Under the pieces are notes generated by a model that was not told where the DNA came from, searched no databases, and saw only the letters and a list, made by a program, of their open reading frames with translations. Source: Vicugna vicugna (taxonomy: Eukaryota). From it: DNA of 64,000 bases. Of the stretch, positions 11,226 to 25,075 are shown piece after piece (within the stretch, counting starts at the first letter, position 1; every line of letters begins with the position of its first letter). A program made the position numbers and the translations under genes. Where the stretch lies: the NCBI GenBank assembly GCA_013265495.1, contig MU058844.1, forward strand, positions 998,941 through 1,062,940, in the 5' to 3' direction.

Positions 11226-13779
11226 TAGTCTGGGTATAAATAGCCAGACTGCCCTCCCTCCCTAAATATTCTCCCTTAAGACACCTTTGTAATTGGCTGC
11301 TCTTGGTCAAAGTCTATTCACAGTTGGGAGTGAGGTCCCCTTTTCTATTTTATATCAGAGGAAAACTATCAATGGCAAAGTTTTAATTAGCAGATAATCA
11401 AAATTGTTGATAGACAACACAGCAGACATAAGACATAAGAAATTCCCCTGCTTTCCACCTTTTGGTCACATCACAGTATAGGAGCTTCCTAAAGAGTCAG
11501 AGAAATGGTCTGGAGAAATCTTGAACCTGAACTCTGTGGTCTTCCTTTGTTCTGCATACACATTTCTTTACTATTGTGGTGAGTTATTTCTGTGCTGATA
11601 AATGATCTTCTATATTTCTTGTCTCCACACCGAGATTATAAGATAATTTCCTGCTCAAAAATAGCTTCCTATTTCCTATTAAATGAGATCAGGATCTCTT
11701 CCAACCTCCACACTCTGGCTCCAGTGTGCTTTCCCAATCTTTTTTCCCATTTCTGTCTCTTTAATCCTGAGTCCTGGAACAAGCATTTTCCCCTGACATA
11801 TACCTGTACCTCTTCTATGCCCTTGCTGTCCCCTTTGCCTGGAATGTCCTTCTTAAATCCAACCTTCTCACTTAAGATTTCATCAGTATCTATAATGCGA
11901 AGTAATCCTGTTCTTTCGGTCTGAAAACTTTATTTTATCTTCTTGGGCTTATTGGATCAACCTTGTAATAATACAGTTGTAGCAAGGTATTTGTGGATTC
12001 TTTTAACAGCTGGCTGTGAAATAACTCTTAGCGAAGTAAACACATTGATATATTGATAAGGTACATGTAGGAAAAAATGGCACTGGCTTCAGCAGGAGCC
12101 AAGAAGGCAAAGGTGATGGTTATACTCTTTTGAAGGAGATAATGAGATGAATATCTTTGAGCCTTTGAGGAGAAAAATGGAAGGAGAGAGAGGACAGAGG
12201 AGTGTATATGTGAGTGTGCAGTTAGAAGAAGCCAGCCAGATATATGCTATGGCTGGGTTTACTCAGGGGTGAAGTGGCTGGTCAAAGCTCCTGGATGCTT
12301 AGTTAGCTAAAAGGCATCTTAAGAATAGAGAAATCTGAAGTCTAACCTAAATCTATAGTTTAGTTTGAAGTAGAATTCACCACTAAGTATTAACCTCTCC
12401 TTTGTAAACCTTCAGTAAACTCTGCTATAACCAGAAATATTTCTGGTGTATGGTCTTGCACGTTTGGGTGTGTATACGTGCTTGTGGGAAAATACCAGAA
12501 GGGGCTGAGTTTCATGTCTCTGTGGCAGTGGTACCAAACGGAACCAGCACAGGCAGCAAAGCAGGAGCCTGGAGCCAGACATGGACACACCAGTGACCCA
12601 CTGGAATTGGCAGAAATCTTGAGACTGGCATTGAACTTTGGAAGGTGGCTCAAGCCAATCTCATTTAGGTTCCAGGAAACAGTTATTTTTGTACTTACCA
12701 TATTTACTAAATGACATACTCCTGGAAGATAGAGCTTATACCTATTTTGTTCATCTAAAAGATCTTATGATGTAATATTCGTGATTATAATACAAATAAT
12801 GAAAGCAATGATACTTTTGCATCATTGAAGACACACTGTAGGCATATTAAAATTCCATCTACTGAGCACTTGCAAATGATAGAAAGAGGCATGGACTCAC
12901 AAGATCTAAATTTGATTTCCAGGGCTTCTATTTTCTAATGACATAACTTTAAGCATTTTTTTTTCTAGGACTCCCTGATTTCACATCTACAAAATGGAGA
13001 TATACCAGTTATAACTCATAGCTTGGCGTGAAGATAAAATTTAGTTGTTCACTCAGCAAATATTATTGTGACCTTCTACATGCGGAGGTCTCCCTCCTCA
13101 GTCTTTCCTGTCTCCTCCACTGCAGTTTCCCTGCTGTTTTTTCCCTAACCTTGAGATCATGCTGTCATCCCTGTTGACATCACCCTGGATGATTTGGTTG
13201 TCTTAACCTTCATCTTGATTGCTCTCCAGTCCAATGGTTGTCCCACAATGGCAGGGTAAGGGCTTTCATTTAAAAAAAAATGAATTTTTTTTTAAGCTTC
13301 CAGATCTAGTCAGCACACTATTACTTTCTTGCTATGCTCTTAAAGTTATGATCCTTGTATTTTATCAACTATTAATACTTGATACAAAGTCTGGCTAAGC
13401 TGGGTGGAGAGAGAAGTTCAGTGACACTGCCATATTAAACTCAAAGCTCCAACCGCCGTCTTGTGTCCCTGGAACTGCTCTGATTCTCTTTTCTTGAAAG
13501 ATGCATGCCTTCCCTTCCTGGCACAGTGCCCAGATTGGTTGGCATCTTTGTTCCTTTCTTCTTTGGGAGTCTGTCTTAGAGGACAACCATCAGCTGTAAC
13601 CTGCGATTGTTCTTGCATTCAGGACAGTCCTTGACATGCCTGATTCCAGAGTGGACACTGAGAATAGGCTTCTTTTAAGGAACCTTTTGCACTTAGGTAT
13701 TTCTTTTCTCTTCAGTCAAAGTGATCTCTGGTGTCAGAAAGCAGAGATAATTTCCAGGTGGGTCTGTGTTTTTCTTAGC

Positions 13780-14007
13780 AAACATTTGTTGAACACTTAT
13801 TTTGCACTGGACATGTTGCTAAGCATTGCACAGGGATTATTTCAGTTAATTCTATATAAACCCTATGAAATAAGTACTCTTGGTGTCCTCATTTTACGCA
13901 TGGTAACCAAAGCCTAGAGAAGTTAAGTTACTTGCCCATAGTCACACAGTAAAGAGTAGATTTGGATTTGAACCCAAGTCCTCTGACTACAGAGGCCTTT
14001 AACCATT
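13780..14007 (-). mobile_element. MIR SINE, near full length
   Basis: CTCATTTTACGCATGG...AGAGAAGTTAAGTTACTTGCCCATAGTCACACAG...GGATTTGAACCCAAGTC (MIR core, antisense). Confidence 0.88.
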
Positions 14008-15877
14008 TTGTTCTTCTGTATGTGGCCCTGGGCTCTGGGCGTTTATCACAACTTTCCAGTGGGGTTGGATATGGAGTCGTCGGATTCAAGACATCAGTGT
14101 GTGATAGTCTTATCATAGACTTGCCCAGGAATTCAGTCTGTTCCAAGGAGTGTTGCAGAGGATCAGGATGAAATCAGGAACTTCTGTGGAGACTTTAGGA
14201 CAATCCAAGTAGGCCCTATGACATGCAGCCTCTGACTCTGTGGGCTTCTTGACCCCCAGTTCATGTGCCTTGAGTGTTGGGGCTGGGTCCTAGGTTTTGG
14301 CAAGCTCTGAGCTTGTGGTGAAGTGGACAAGGCTAGGCTAACAGGGAGGGGTTCGGTTCTGTGGAGTAACAGAGTCCTCTTGGAGACGGCCAGATTTCAC
14401 CATTTTATTGTTGTTGGTATGCAGCAGAGGAATTGCAGAGCCGACAAATCCTGCAGAGCACCTGGTCCCAGCGCCCTCATTTAGCAGTTGTGCATAAGCA
14501 AGCACAACGTGCATCTGCACTGCATTACTTCCTTGTTAATGGTAACCTGGCTGTCTGTTTTTCCATCTCATTTGCATAGATGGCTCTAATAAGACTGAAA
14601 TGACACCACGTGGAAACATTGTGAGGAAAGGGTCAGCCTGGCCACAGTTTCCTACACAATGCTTGTTTCTGGAATGTGCAAATGTGATCCCTAAAGCATG
14701 AAAGTCAGTGCTTCATTTACCTTGTGACTCTGGGTATGATACCTGCTTTCTCCTCTGGGGAAGTTAATGTGCTGCTCTTGGCATTACAGTCTGTCCAGCT
14801 TTGGAAAATGATTTGCATTTCAGAAGGTTTTAAGCATCACCAAAATAATCAGCCATGCCCTGAAATCCAAATCCTTGTCACTGTTCAAATATTAATTGGG
14901 AAAAATATAATTCCTTTGGGGGAGGGGATGTAGTGTGTGAGTGTGTGTGTGTACAGGAATATACTATTCTTTATTCACAGTGATGGTCATCTCTCTGACC
15001 CACCATGGAAGACTGGTTAATTGCCTTTTTAGTGGGGTTAATTTACAGAAGATCCTTATTTTCTCTTTTCCTGTGCCAAACATGGACATGAGGTTTTCAG
15101 AATTTGAGAGCTGAGTTTGAATGAATGGGGAAGAAGGAGTATTCATCTGCAAAGAGTATTTCTTTATGTGAAGAAAATAAAATTCATGGAGAGGAGTTAT
15201 AATGCAGAAGTGACAGATGCTGAAAATAATTCTTAATGATTAACTGTTTAATGATGACATAACTCAGTGATTTCTGCTTTCATATTCTGTCAGGAGATAA
15301 ATTGTTGTATGTGCTGCAAATCGGCTCCATTGCTATATAGTGAAGCAAAGCCAGTTTTCATTCCTCTTCTGCTAGAGCACTTACCATTTAGCACAATAAC
15401 TCTGCAATCTGTACACAAAGACGCATGTTTATTAAGTATACAGTACATTTTAATGCAGTTCTGTTTATTCATATCATTGAGCTGACAGTTTGTGTCAATA
15501 TACAAGAAAAATGTATCACATACATGTTTAAGATCTACAGGTTTAAGGAAGAACAGAAATACACACACACAAAAGATACTTAATAATTTAGTAGAGGTCC
15601 TCAGATATGCAGATGATGGTATAAGACATGAATTTCCTCTTCTTGAAGAGGCACTGCTGGGCCAGACAGAGGGCATATAAGGGCAGTGAAAGGAGAGCTC
15701 TTTATATTTAAAGTCTCCAGTGCTCAGCTCAGAAAGCCTCGCTCATCATCTAATTGGGGACCCACAGAACTTCACTATTCCTCAATGGATAATTATAGGG
15801 ATAAGAACATTAAAAGGAGAATCTGCTAGAAGAATTTGAGGTCACCACTTGGTGCTCAACCATGGATTTGTCTCCTG

Positions 15878-15998
15878 TTGTATTAGTTATCTGTTTCTGC
15901 AGAACAAATTATCCCACACTCAAGAGGAGGGGATTATACTAGGCACAAACACCAGGAGGTGGGGATCCTTGGGGCCACCTCAGAGGCTGCGTGCTACA
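15878..15998 (-). mobile_element. Short, internally deleted MLT1 LTR
   Basis: TGTATTAGTTATCTGTTTCTGCAGAACAAATTATCCCA joined directly to CACCAGGAGGTGGGGATCCTTGGGGCCACCTCAGAGGCTG. Confidence 0.65.
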
Positions 15999-16489
15999 CC
16001 TATGGATGCACCTCTTGCTTAATGTGATGGAGTAAGAAATTGGTCCCTCCAATTCACATAGCAGGAGAGTCCAAGTAGGGAGCAAGAGTTTGAGAACCAT
16101 CATTGACTCTTGCTGCCCATTGAATTGGCCTCTGAGACATCCCAGATGAAGCAAACACAGGATTTAAATCAAGCTACTGCAGGTAATGTCTTCAGCCCTT
16201 GGTTCTTTTCCAACTCTGGAGGTCATATCCGTGGTGGTTGGGGACAGCTGGCACAGCAGGGTGTCAGGCAGTGGTGCATTCCACTCCCAATGGTAACAAC
16301 TGGGAAACTGGCCACACAGCTTCCTAACGCAGGGCTAAGCCACTGAAAGGCTTTCCTGGGCCCTGGGAATCAGAAGCACTAGCTTGCAGATAACTGTATT
16401 TCAGAGCCTATAATTTCAGACAAAAAGTCTTTTAAAACTAATTCTTATGGAAATTAGACCTTTGGGTTTACTTACTGGCACCTTTTAAG

Positions 16490-16700
16490 GCAGTATAGCA
16501 AAGTGGTTGAAGTGGTCTTCAGGGTCAGAGTTGAATTTGAATGATGGCTTATTAACTGAGTCAATGTAAAGAAGTCAGTGAACCTCACAAGGTCCCCCTT
16601 TTCTCACCTGTAAAGTGGGGATGACATTAGTGCTACCCTCCTAGGGTTGATGGGAATTTGGACATTGTGTGAGGAATTAGCGCTTATGGCTGTGGTTATA
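16490..16700 (+). mobile_element. MIR SINE
   Basis: GCAGTATAGCAAGTGGTT...TTTCTCACCTGTAAAGTGGGGATGA. Confidence 0.72.
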
Positions 16701-18184
16701 ATGATGATGACGTCTGTGGGAAATGTATTTTCCCACTCCTCATGTTTTGGCAGGAGGGCTGGGATTTTTACTCCAATCCCCAGAAATAAAAAGACCAGGA
16801 AGAAGACTTCCACTTCTCTCGGTCCCTCTACGCCCTCCCTCCCTAGACGGGGAGGAAGGGTGTCTCTGACAGACTTGGGAGAAGAAAGAAGCTCACTCAG
16901 CCCCCTTTTGTCAGCCTCTGCGGAGGGAGGATTTTATCATTTGTTCTTCACTATACTGAAAGCTTATCCAGCCAGATTCTGCCCTGCCGAGGGGAGCCAT
17001 GCAGTTTTTGGGGGTAAATTCTTTATGGAAGGGGATATTTAGGAATTTTAATGTGGTCACAATCTCCCATCCAGCTGTTATCAGTCATAAAACTTTGAGT
17101 TTGATGTTAACTGTAGTTTTCTATTGATTTCACACAGACAGGAGTGGGGTCACTTTTCAGCTCTCTCAACCCCCACAATTATCATTATTAGTGTTTCGTC
17201 AGTTGTGCAGACTGGTTCAGATATTTGTGAAGGTGGAAACATCCCTTTATTTGGAACAAGCTCCATCTTTGTTTGTTCGTTTGTTTGTTTGTTTCTCAGG
17301 AGACCTCTTGCACTTTTGTGGGGTGATTGAAGCCAGCTTTGGGGATTAAATTATCCATGGTGCTTTTCTCCAGTTCCATTTGGAGTGTGTAGAGTGCGTC
17401 TGACTCCTGAAGGCAGATGGTGTTACTGCAAGCCGAGGGGACCATCCTGAGTAGAGTCCCCTCCTCCCAGGGCATTGGGGATGCTCGGCTGTAGGAGAGT
17501 GAGCTTGCCTGAGCTCCTGTGAAGAAAGCCAGGCACGTGGCCAAAAGGAGTTTTAAGTATCATTAAATCTTCTTGCTGCTGGTTCTCAAATAAGAGTCCT
17601 TTGCATATTGAATTATCTCATCATCTTGTGAGCAGGCAGTCAGTTCATTCCTGCTTTGAAGAAAAAACATTTTCTAAAATTAGCCATTTAAGTCTGTCAT
17701 AATTATGATTACAGTATTACTAAAAAGCAGAGAATGCTACATAGAGCTTTTGCTGATGGGTTTTAAACACCTGCCTGCCACCCCCAACCTTAAAAAAGAG
17801 CAAACAGGAAAGGAAAATAAAACTAGTGAAATTAATTGCCAAGAATTTAAGATTAATATGGATGGCTTCACTCTGTCTTTGCTAAAACCACATGAAAATT
17901 TATTTTCACTATGATTCACTAAATTCAGAGGGACCTTATAAGGAAAAGATGAGATAAAATATGTGAAGCATTTAGTGTCAGGCACCGATGGCAAATTCTC
18001 AGTAAATAGTAAATGATAATAATAATAATAATGCTAATAGGATAGTCATTACCATTGCTATAAGGAAGGCAGCCTGTTCAGGGCTGTAGGAAAATTCAGT
18101 GAATCAGCCCATTCTGCAACAGCCTGTGTTTCTTTGGGGATATGTTTCGCATACATAAATACCTGAGTAGCATGGATCTTAGTT

Positions 18185-18405
18185 CAGTGTTTCCCAAACT
18201 GGTGCTCCAGGGAACCATCTTTTAGGAGATGATAATAGATGACTTAAAGAAAAAAAATCAGAGTTCCATGGTCAAAGTTTGTGAAAATCTGCATTCTGAC
18301 TGCTCCCTTCCGCTAGAGATTCACAAGCTCTGTCCTTACAGCTTTTGAGAAGCCCCACAGGAAAGAAAATGGAGTCCTTTTGTTTAACTCCATTTACCAA
18401 ACTAG
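18185..18405. mobile_element. hAT-Charlie-type remnant
   Basis: Terminal CAGTGTTTCCCAAACT and internal GTTCCATGGTCAAA...TTTGTGAAA. Confidence 0.5.
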
Positions 18406-21400
18406 CACAGACCCTCCACCCTCCACACTGTTACCAGAGGGATTGTTTAAAAGACAAATGAGTCACTGCTTCCCTGCTCCAAGCCCTGCAGTGACTCACC
18501 ATTGCTCTCGGGAAGAAGTAACATCTCTTACCCGTGGCCCCGAGGCTCGGTCTGCGTGCCTTGGCCCCCCGGTGGGCCAGCTTCACCTTGCTCTATGAAG
18601 TCCTTTGCTTTGGGGAACACTGGCTGCCTTTCGGATCCTTGAACGTGACATGCTCATTTCTGCCACAGAGCTTTCATACAACTCTATCCTCCTGTGGGGG
18701 AGTTATCTTGACCCCTTCCCCACCTTCCTCTGCTCTGTGTCACTTTCTTAGACCTTTGGTCTCAACAGTGCTGATCCTTCCCAGCGCTCATGGTGTGTGT
18801 GTTCACTGAGGGGTTATTTACTTAACTGCTCCCTTTCCCCAACAGTGTAAGATGGATGAGGAGATCCACCCCCAAAATTCTGACTACAGTTTGGGAGTAT
18901 AATGACTTGCGTTGAGGGGCTTTATATTAGGTGGGGTGGACCAGTAAAAGACGGTTTCTGTTGTTTTTTGTTTTGTTTACTGTTATCAAGACTCATTTCA
19001 TCCTGGGAAACATTGGAGTACAAAGTCAAACATGATGAGGGTCCTATGGGGGATTTATTAAAAAAGCAGGGCTTTGGACATATATAGATAAGAGAGCTAT
19101 ACTTGAAAGCAGTCCTAATAACCCAGGTATTTTGTGGATAGCCCAGGCACTGTTCTAAGTACTTCTCTGTATTTACTCAGTTAATCCTCAGAGCAACTCT
19201 GTGAGGTTTTACAAATGAGGAAACCCAGACAGAGGTTCAGGGGTCCATTTCCCAGGAATATTTAAAGCCAAGAGAGTGGTTGAGATTGAGGCCAATCTTA
19301 CTTATTTATGTGTGTGTTTATTTATTTACTCTGACTACTTAGAAAATGGATTTAGGGTGGCCTAAAATTATGAACAACAAAATCTAAACCATTTAAACTA
19401 GAGAAAAGAGATATATAATAAAGGGAAAGGGGGAGAAGAGGGTTTGCTGAGGTTGCTGAAAGTAGGGTAGAAAAAAAAGAGGTCTAAGAATAGAATTTAG
19501 AGAATCTCTTAAGTGGGAGCGTGGATGGGGGATAGGTTGGGGAAGGAGATAAACTTCTTAAAAGCTCCTGTTGACTACCTCTCTCACTGCCATTTTTCTC
19601 CCTGGAAAGCTCTAGAATTGCTCTCAACTTCTCTCACATTCCCCAGACTCTCCCTGGAACCCAGTCTTCCAGATAAGCTTCCTCCCTAGGACTTGGAAGT
19701 TGCCCTCTGATCTGTGATTCTGACCCCAGTGCACAAGGAGAAGCGATTGAGAATGGGGACGATGATGACTCCCTCATGGAAAATAGGGTCAGAGCACTTA
19801 AGGGAGCAACAGCCTTTGAAATGCATTGTTTTTCAATTATATCTCAATAAAAAAGAAATAGAAGCCAAGTTTCTAAACTATAAGATGATTTTCTTATAGA
19901 GTTGCCAATAGATGACTCTGCTCATTTGACAACTTTTCTTGCTCTTCTTCTCTCCTGCCTCCTTCTCCTCTCTCTCCTTTTCCTTCTCTCTCTTTCTCCC
20001 TCTCTCCCCTGAGTCCTGTGTAGGAAACATGCTTTAATGAATTAGACCTTACAAGTTCTGCACAGCTTCAGTTCCTTCACAGTTTTCAGAGGGTCTCTCC
20101 AAAGAAGAAGAAGAAATGTGTGGTCAACCAAGAAGGTTGTAATCTCTTCACAATTATGTGGTTTTCTGGCTAAATGCCTTCAGGCTCTGCTTGTATGCTG
20201 GCCGGTGCTCATAGCACCACAGTGCCCTTTGCAAGACTGATGCTGCAAGTTCTGAAGTCTCCCTGGGGTCTTTGGCTTTTGTAAAAGAGGTTAGATCCCA
20301 CCAAGAACTGCCATTATAGATGGGAATGGAGTACCAACCCAAGCACTCAGAGGCCAGAGTTCCCGATTTCTATCCAAGGACTCGGGCTCAGAATCACCCA
20401 AGGGTGGTAGTGGTTCCATTTAAAAGAGCACTCAAAGGAATATGGCACCCAAGCCAAAGGTCAAAGCTAATTTTGGTACAGAAAAATCACTCTTCCAGGA
20501 ATTGTCCTGTTGACTTTAAAAAAAATCCTTGTGTATTAAAGGACATCTTTTTCCTGGTTTACGTTTTCTCTTTCCAAATTATTATTTTATTAGCTGAACG
20601 ACTGTGTTTCTAACCTACATTGAGATTATGTTGACAAAACCAGAAAACAACGGAGTATTCTGAAGCTCCAACTGTCTGTAAAATCTCTTCTAAGGTCAAA
20701 GGATTGCTTTCCATTTAACAAGAGAATCCATAGATCAGTACCCTCTATGTCGGTGGTCAAAGGAAGACAAAGGGATGGCCTCCACTTCCTTCTACCACCA
20801 GAGTTCAGAGAGATAGTGGAGGAAGACACAGTTGCTAACCGGAGCCAAGTGAAATTGGTTTGGGAGATTTGTGGGGCAGGAACTTGTGATTTTCTTTGCA
20901 ACCACTTTCCTGAACTCACTCTCATCCATCAGCCGCTGTCAACCGCATACTGGCTGGGAGTTAATTTCAGCCTCGCTGTTACTTTCTAAAAGCTATCCAT
21001 TCTTCTGACACTTGATAATTGCAGGATGGTGTGGCATGCAAGGTCAAGGCTCATCAGTATCCTAAAATGTACCACTAGGGGGTCATTAATAATAATGAAA
21101 ATAATAATGGAAAAGTACTAAAATATTCACTCACTTTTAGCCTGGTTTCTTTTAGACTCTTTTAATATCTTTTGTAGTTTTAAGGCCCATTAACTTATGT
21201 TAATCCCAACAAAAGTTAGCAGCCAACTTCTTGTGTTTGCAAGAGATCTGGAATCGAAGTCCAGAGATTCAAATCTAATGATGGTGTGATCTAAGATAAA
21301 TTTATTGATCACCATGTACCTCAATTTCCTCATCAATATAAGGAGACATTGTCTCCTATACCTACTGCACAAGGTATTGGAGATAAAAGGACTTTGGCAA

Positions 21401-21461
21401 GTGTAAAAACTTATAAGTGCATTGGATTATTGTCCTTTCTTGCCTTATTTTCAGAATTTTC

Positions 21462-21647
21462 CCCCAGTTTTATTGAAATATGATTGACATACACCATTAT
21501 ATAAGTTTAAGGTGTACAGCATAATGGTTTGACTTATGCATATTGTGAAATGATTACCACAGTAAGTTTAGTTAGCATCCATTATCTTGTCTATATACAA
21601 TAAAAAGAAAAAGTGAAAAAAAAATTTTCTCCTTGTGATGAGAACTT
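21462..21647 (-). mobile_element. L1 3' end fragment
   Basis: CCCAGTTTTATTGAAATATGATTGACATAC...AAGTTTAAGGTGTACAGCATAATG...TGTGATGAGAACT. Confidence 0.82.
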
Positions 21648-22103
21648 TCCTCTCATACTTTTCTAACTGTGGCTTAAACTTGTGAAAATATGGTTCAGAT
21701 GAGTTGTATATCTTTTTGAAGCAACAGATCAATGGGGTCATCCAGCCACATCCTCACCTGGAAACTCCAGATGCTTTTCCTGTTCCTCTGTCTCTCACTG
21801 CTTTCACCTAGTTAGTAGCCAAACCTTGCAGATTCTAATTCAGAAATTCCCCTCCTCTCTTTCTTCCTGCCAGAGTCCTAACTCTGGCCTCACCTTCTCT
21901 TGCCTACTCTATTCACATCCGCTTCCTCTCTGGACTTGCGGCGTCTGGCGTCACCTTGCTCCAGTTCATCTGCTGCACCCCGTCAGATGATTTATCATTG
22001 GACATAAAACAATGAGAACAACAACAACAAAAACCAAAACAGGCAAACAGCCCCACATTTGGTTATTTTCTGATTCAAAAGTCTCCATTACCTGCATGGA
22101 AAT

Positions 22104-22618
22104 TGTCAAAGATAAATGAAGCTGGATACTAGTTAAATTGGAAGGGGCAGATTTTAGTAATATACTGTTGCCATAAGGAAAAGAGTCCAGCATGAACTGA
22201 ACTCAGTTTTAGTTTGTAGAGAGGAGATTGGACATTTTAAAGGAAGAATCAGGAAATAGGAAGGTGGGTGAGCAGGGGCTTAGTAGAGTCAGGGAAGTAA
22301 AAAGTTATACGAAATGGGAAGTTGGGGTTGGTTCGTTTGAAACCCATCAGGGTTTGCTAACTGGCATTTATCAAAGTTAGGCCTCTACCCTCCCACAGAG
22401 ACTTGAGACAGGGGCATTATCTTCAGGTGTTGAATTTACTGAACAAACAATACTTTCTTCTGGAAGCCTTGAGTTTCCTCAGGCAAGCACTTTAAGGGGA
22501 ACCAGGGTCGTCCTAGGAATGCAGCCTTGAGTTGTTAGAAATCAGTTACTTTTGTTCAGGTCTTTTATAAGCCAAAGTTGAGGCCTTGTTCAAAACCTCG
22601 AGCTTGGTAGTTAAGACC
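22104..22618 (-). mobile_element. ERV1-class solo LTR (MER67-like)
   Basis: TGTCAAAGATAAATGAAGCTGGATACTAGTTAAA...GGAAAAGAGTCCAGCATGAACTGAACTC resembles the recalled antisense MER67 consensus. About 510 bp. Confidence 0.7.
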
Positions 22619-24084
22619 TTGTGTATTTAGACTCCTTATATCTTGTTGCCCACTCACCCCATGGTCTTTGTGTTCCGATCACACTGATTTTCTCCTTCCC
22701 ATGTATACACTCTCTCAGATCTGTTCTTTCTCCACGTACTGAATCCTCTTCCTGAATATCCCCCCATCTGCAGAGGAAAGTGAAATTACCTCTCTGCAAA
22801 GTGCTTCCAGCTCTGGAAGCACTTTGATCATAATTCAAGCTTAGCACATTCTACCTTGTCCTATTTTTTCTGTGTCTCCTTTTAGGTCCTTCCTGCCCAC
22901 AAAACTGGCAGTTAAGAGGTAGGAACCATGTTATTCCATGTTTTCCTAAATGCCCTATTTGCCGTACCCTCTTTGCAATTCCAGCCATACATGACTCCAC
23001 TGGAAACCATGATATTTCAAAGAATCGCTGAAACTGGATATTGGGATGTGCAGGAAAAGTCAGCATCTACATCATGCATGCTAGCTACATTTCCAAACTG
23101 CATGATGCCTGAGCATGCTGTGGTACACAGAATAAGGCAGAGACAAGAAAGAGAGGGTGTGGAAGAGATCTTATATCACGGCGGAACCCTGGACCCAGTT
23201 GTGCCTGATAGGCCACTTCTGCCTTCCCCAGCATAAAGTCCAGTTGTACAGGAATTTCAGTGTGTTTACCAATACCCAGTTGGTTTTCCTGTGGTCACAC
23301 AGGATCCTGACAGTTCCCAGCCTCCTCTGCAGTTGGGTATGGGCCTGAGTTCTCACTAAACGTGTCTGACACACACATAAACTATTTCCATGCCTCACCC
23401 ATAAACATATGCCATGAGAGATCTCTCATTTCCTTTCCCCATCCGTTAGGTAGGAGGCTGAAGACTTTTAAGGGTGCATGCTACAGCCGTCTAACTAGGA
23501 TACCACCATGGGAACAGTGGCATTAGCAAAAAATAAGTGTTCATTGGGTTAAGATACTGAGATTTGGGGGTTTAACTTTTTAAGCAACTACTGATTAATA
23601 CCTTAACTAATCCATATAGAAATTAACGTTTCATTGCTTAAGCTAATTTAGGCTTCGTTTTCGTCACTTGCAACTGGAAAGGCCCTGCTAACAACATTTG
23701 GCCACTTGAATGTAATTAAAGTAAAGGAGAGGCAGTGTGGCAGTGGAAAAATACTGGACTTAAAGACAGAATCCCCAAGTTCTGTGTCCTTGTCCTATTT
23801 ACTTTGTGATTTTCATTAAGTGCATTTGGGGTTTACATTTGTAAACTGATTTACTTTCTTGGGTTTGACTCTTAACCATGACAGTTTAGCTAATCTAATT
23901 TCCACTTCCATTACTTGATTCCTTCTGCTTCTGCAGGGGCACGGTGATTTACTGGTTATTTGAGCAGACAATCAGGCCAGTGATTGTATTACACGGTCTT
24001 TGTATTTAGTGATTGCTTTCTTTTCAGGTACTTGAAAAAGTCCCAGAAGTAATTTTAAGAACTTCTTCCCAGGTGAAATATTTT

Positions 24085-24598
24085 CAAAAATTACTTTAGA
24101 AATTTTCAAACATACACAGAAGTAGAGAGAATAGCATAATGAACTGCCTTGTAGACATTATCAACCTTCAGACATGATCCATAACATTTTGTCTATTTTA
24201 TCTCTTCTATTTCCTGCCCTCTCCTTTTTTTATTAATAAAGGATGTTAAAGCAAATTCCAAGCATAATGTTATTTCACCCCTAAATATTTCTGTGTTTAT
24301 GTGCATATATGTGTGTATGTGTATATATGTATATGTTTATAAACATGCATGAATACATATAAATACATGTTTATATATATTTATGTCCAGAACCTAAGCA
24401 CAGTGCCTTTATCAAATTCTCACAAAATTGGCTGTGATTGATTCCTCAATAACATCTAATACTCATTCCATTTTAAATTTCCCCAGTTATCTTAGTAATG
24501 TCCTTTTACAATTGGTTTGGTTTCAGTTAGCGTCCAAAAAAGGAAAGAACCACATATTGCACATGGCTGGTGCATTTCTTGAGTTTTCGCTAATCTGT
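24085..24598 (-). mobile_element. Old L1 (L1MC-like) 3' end
   Basis: AATTTTCAAACATACACAGAAGTAGAGAGAATAGCATAATGAAC...AAAGCAAATTCCAAGCAT pattern. Confidence 0.7.
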
Positions 24599-24601
24599 GA
24601 C

Positions 24602-25075
24602 TGTAACAGTTACCTTTAGATGCTAAACTGCTACAAAACTTGGTGGCTTAAATAAACCATCTTTCATTTAGCACAAGATTCTGCAGTTTGGCAATTTGAG
24701 CTGGGCTCAGGTCCAATTCAGTGTAGGGCAGGGGAAGGCTGGCTGTGGTGGGGGCAGGGGGCTCACCGAACGGTTGATCTTTGCTCTCTGTAGTCTCTCA
24801 TCCCCAGGAGGCTAACCTGGGTTTGTTCGTACAGTGCCACGTTTCCCTAGGCAGCACATGGGAACTCCTGCATGGCGACTTGAAGCCTCTGTTTGCACTG
24901 CACATGCTGCCTTGTCACATTCTGAGTGGCCAGAGAGGTCAGAAAGGCAGCTCACATTCAAGGGCAGGAAAGTAAACCTTACCTTTTAATGAGAGAAGCT
25001 GCAAAGTCACATTACAAGGGACATGGCTGCATAAGAAGGAGAATGATTTGTGGTCATTGTAGCAACCTCTTTATA
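24602..25075 (-). mobile_element. MaLR LTR (older MLT1 family)
   Basis: CAAAACTTGGTGGCTTAAA...GCAATTTGAGCTGGGCTCAG...GAAGCTGCAAAGTCACATTACAAGGG. Confidence 0.72.

Noticed and set aside
12699..12721. 23-nt minus-strand exon candidate (cag|...ATG|gtaagt)
   Set aside because: Short pyrimidine tract, length not a multiple of 3, and no supporting context. Probably chance.
19935..20010. Polypyrimidine tract as an H-DNA element (also about 42940-43003)
   Set aside because: Ordinary low-complexity CT-rich sequence with no clear mirror symmetry.
23070..23107. 9-bp inverted repeat CATCATGCA / TGCATGATG
   Set aside because: A 20-nt spacer and a short stem. Expected by chance in 64 kb.
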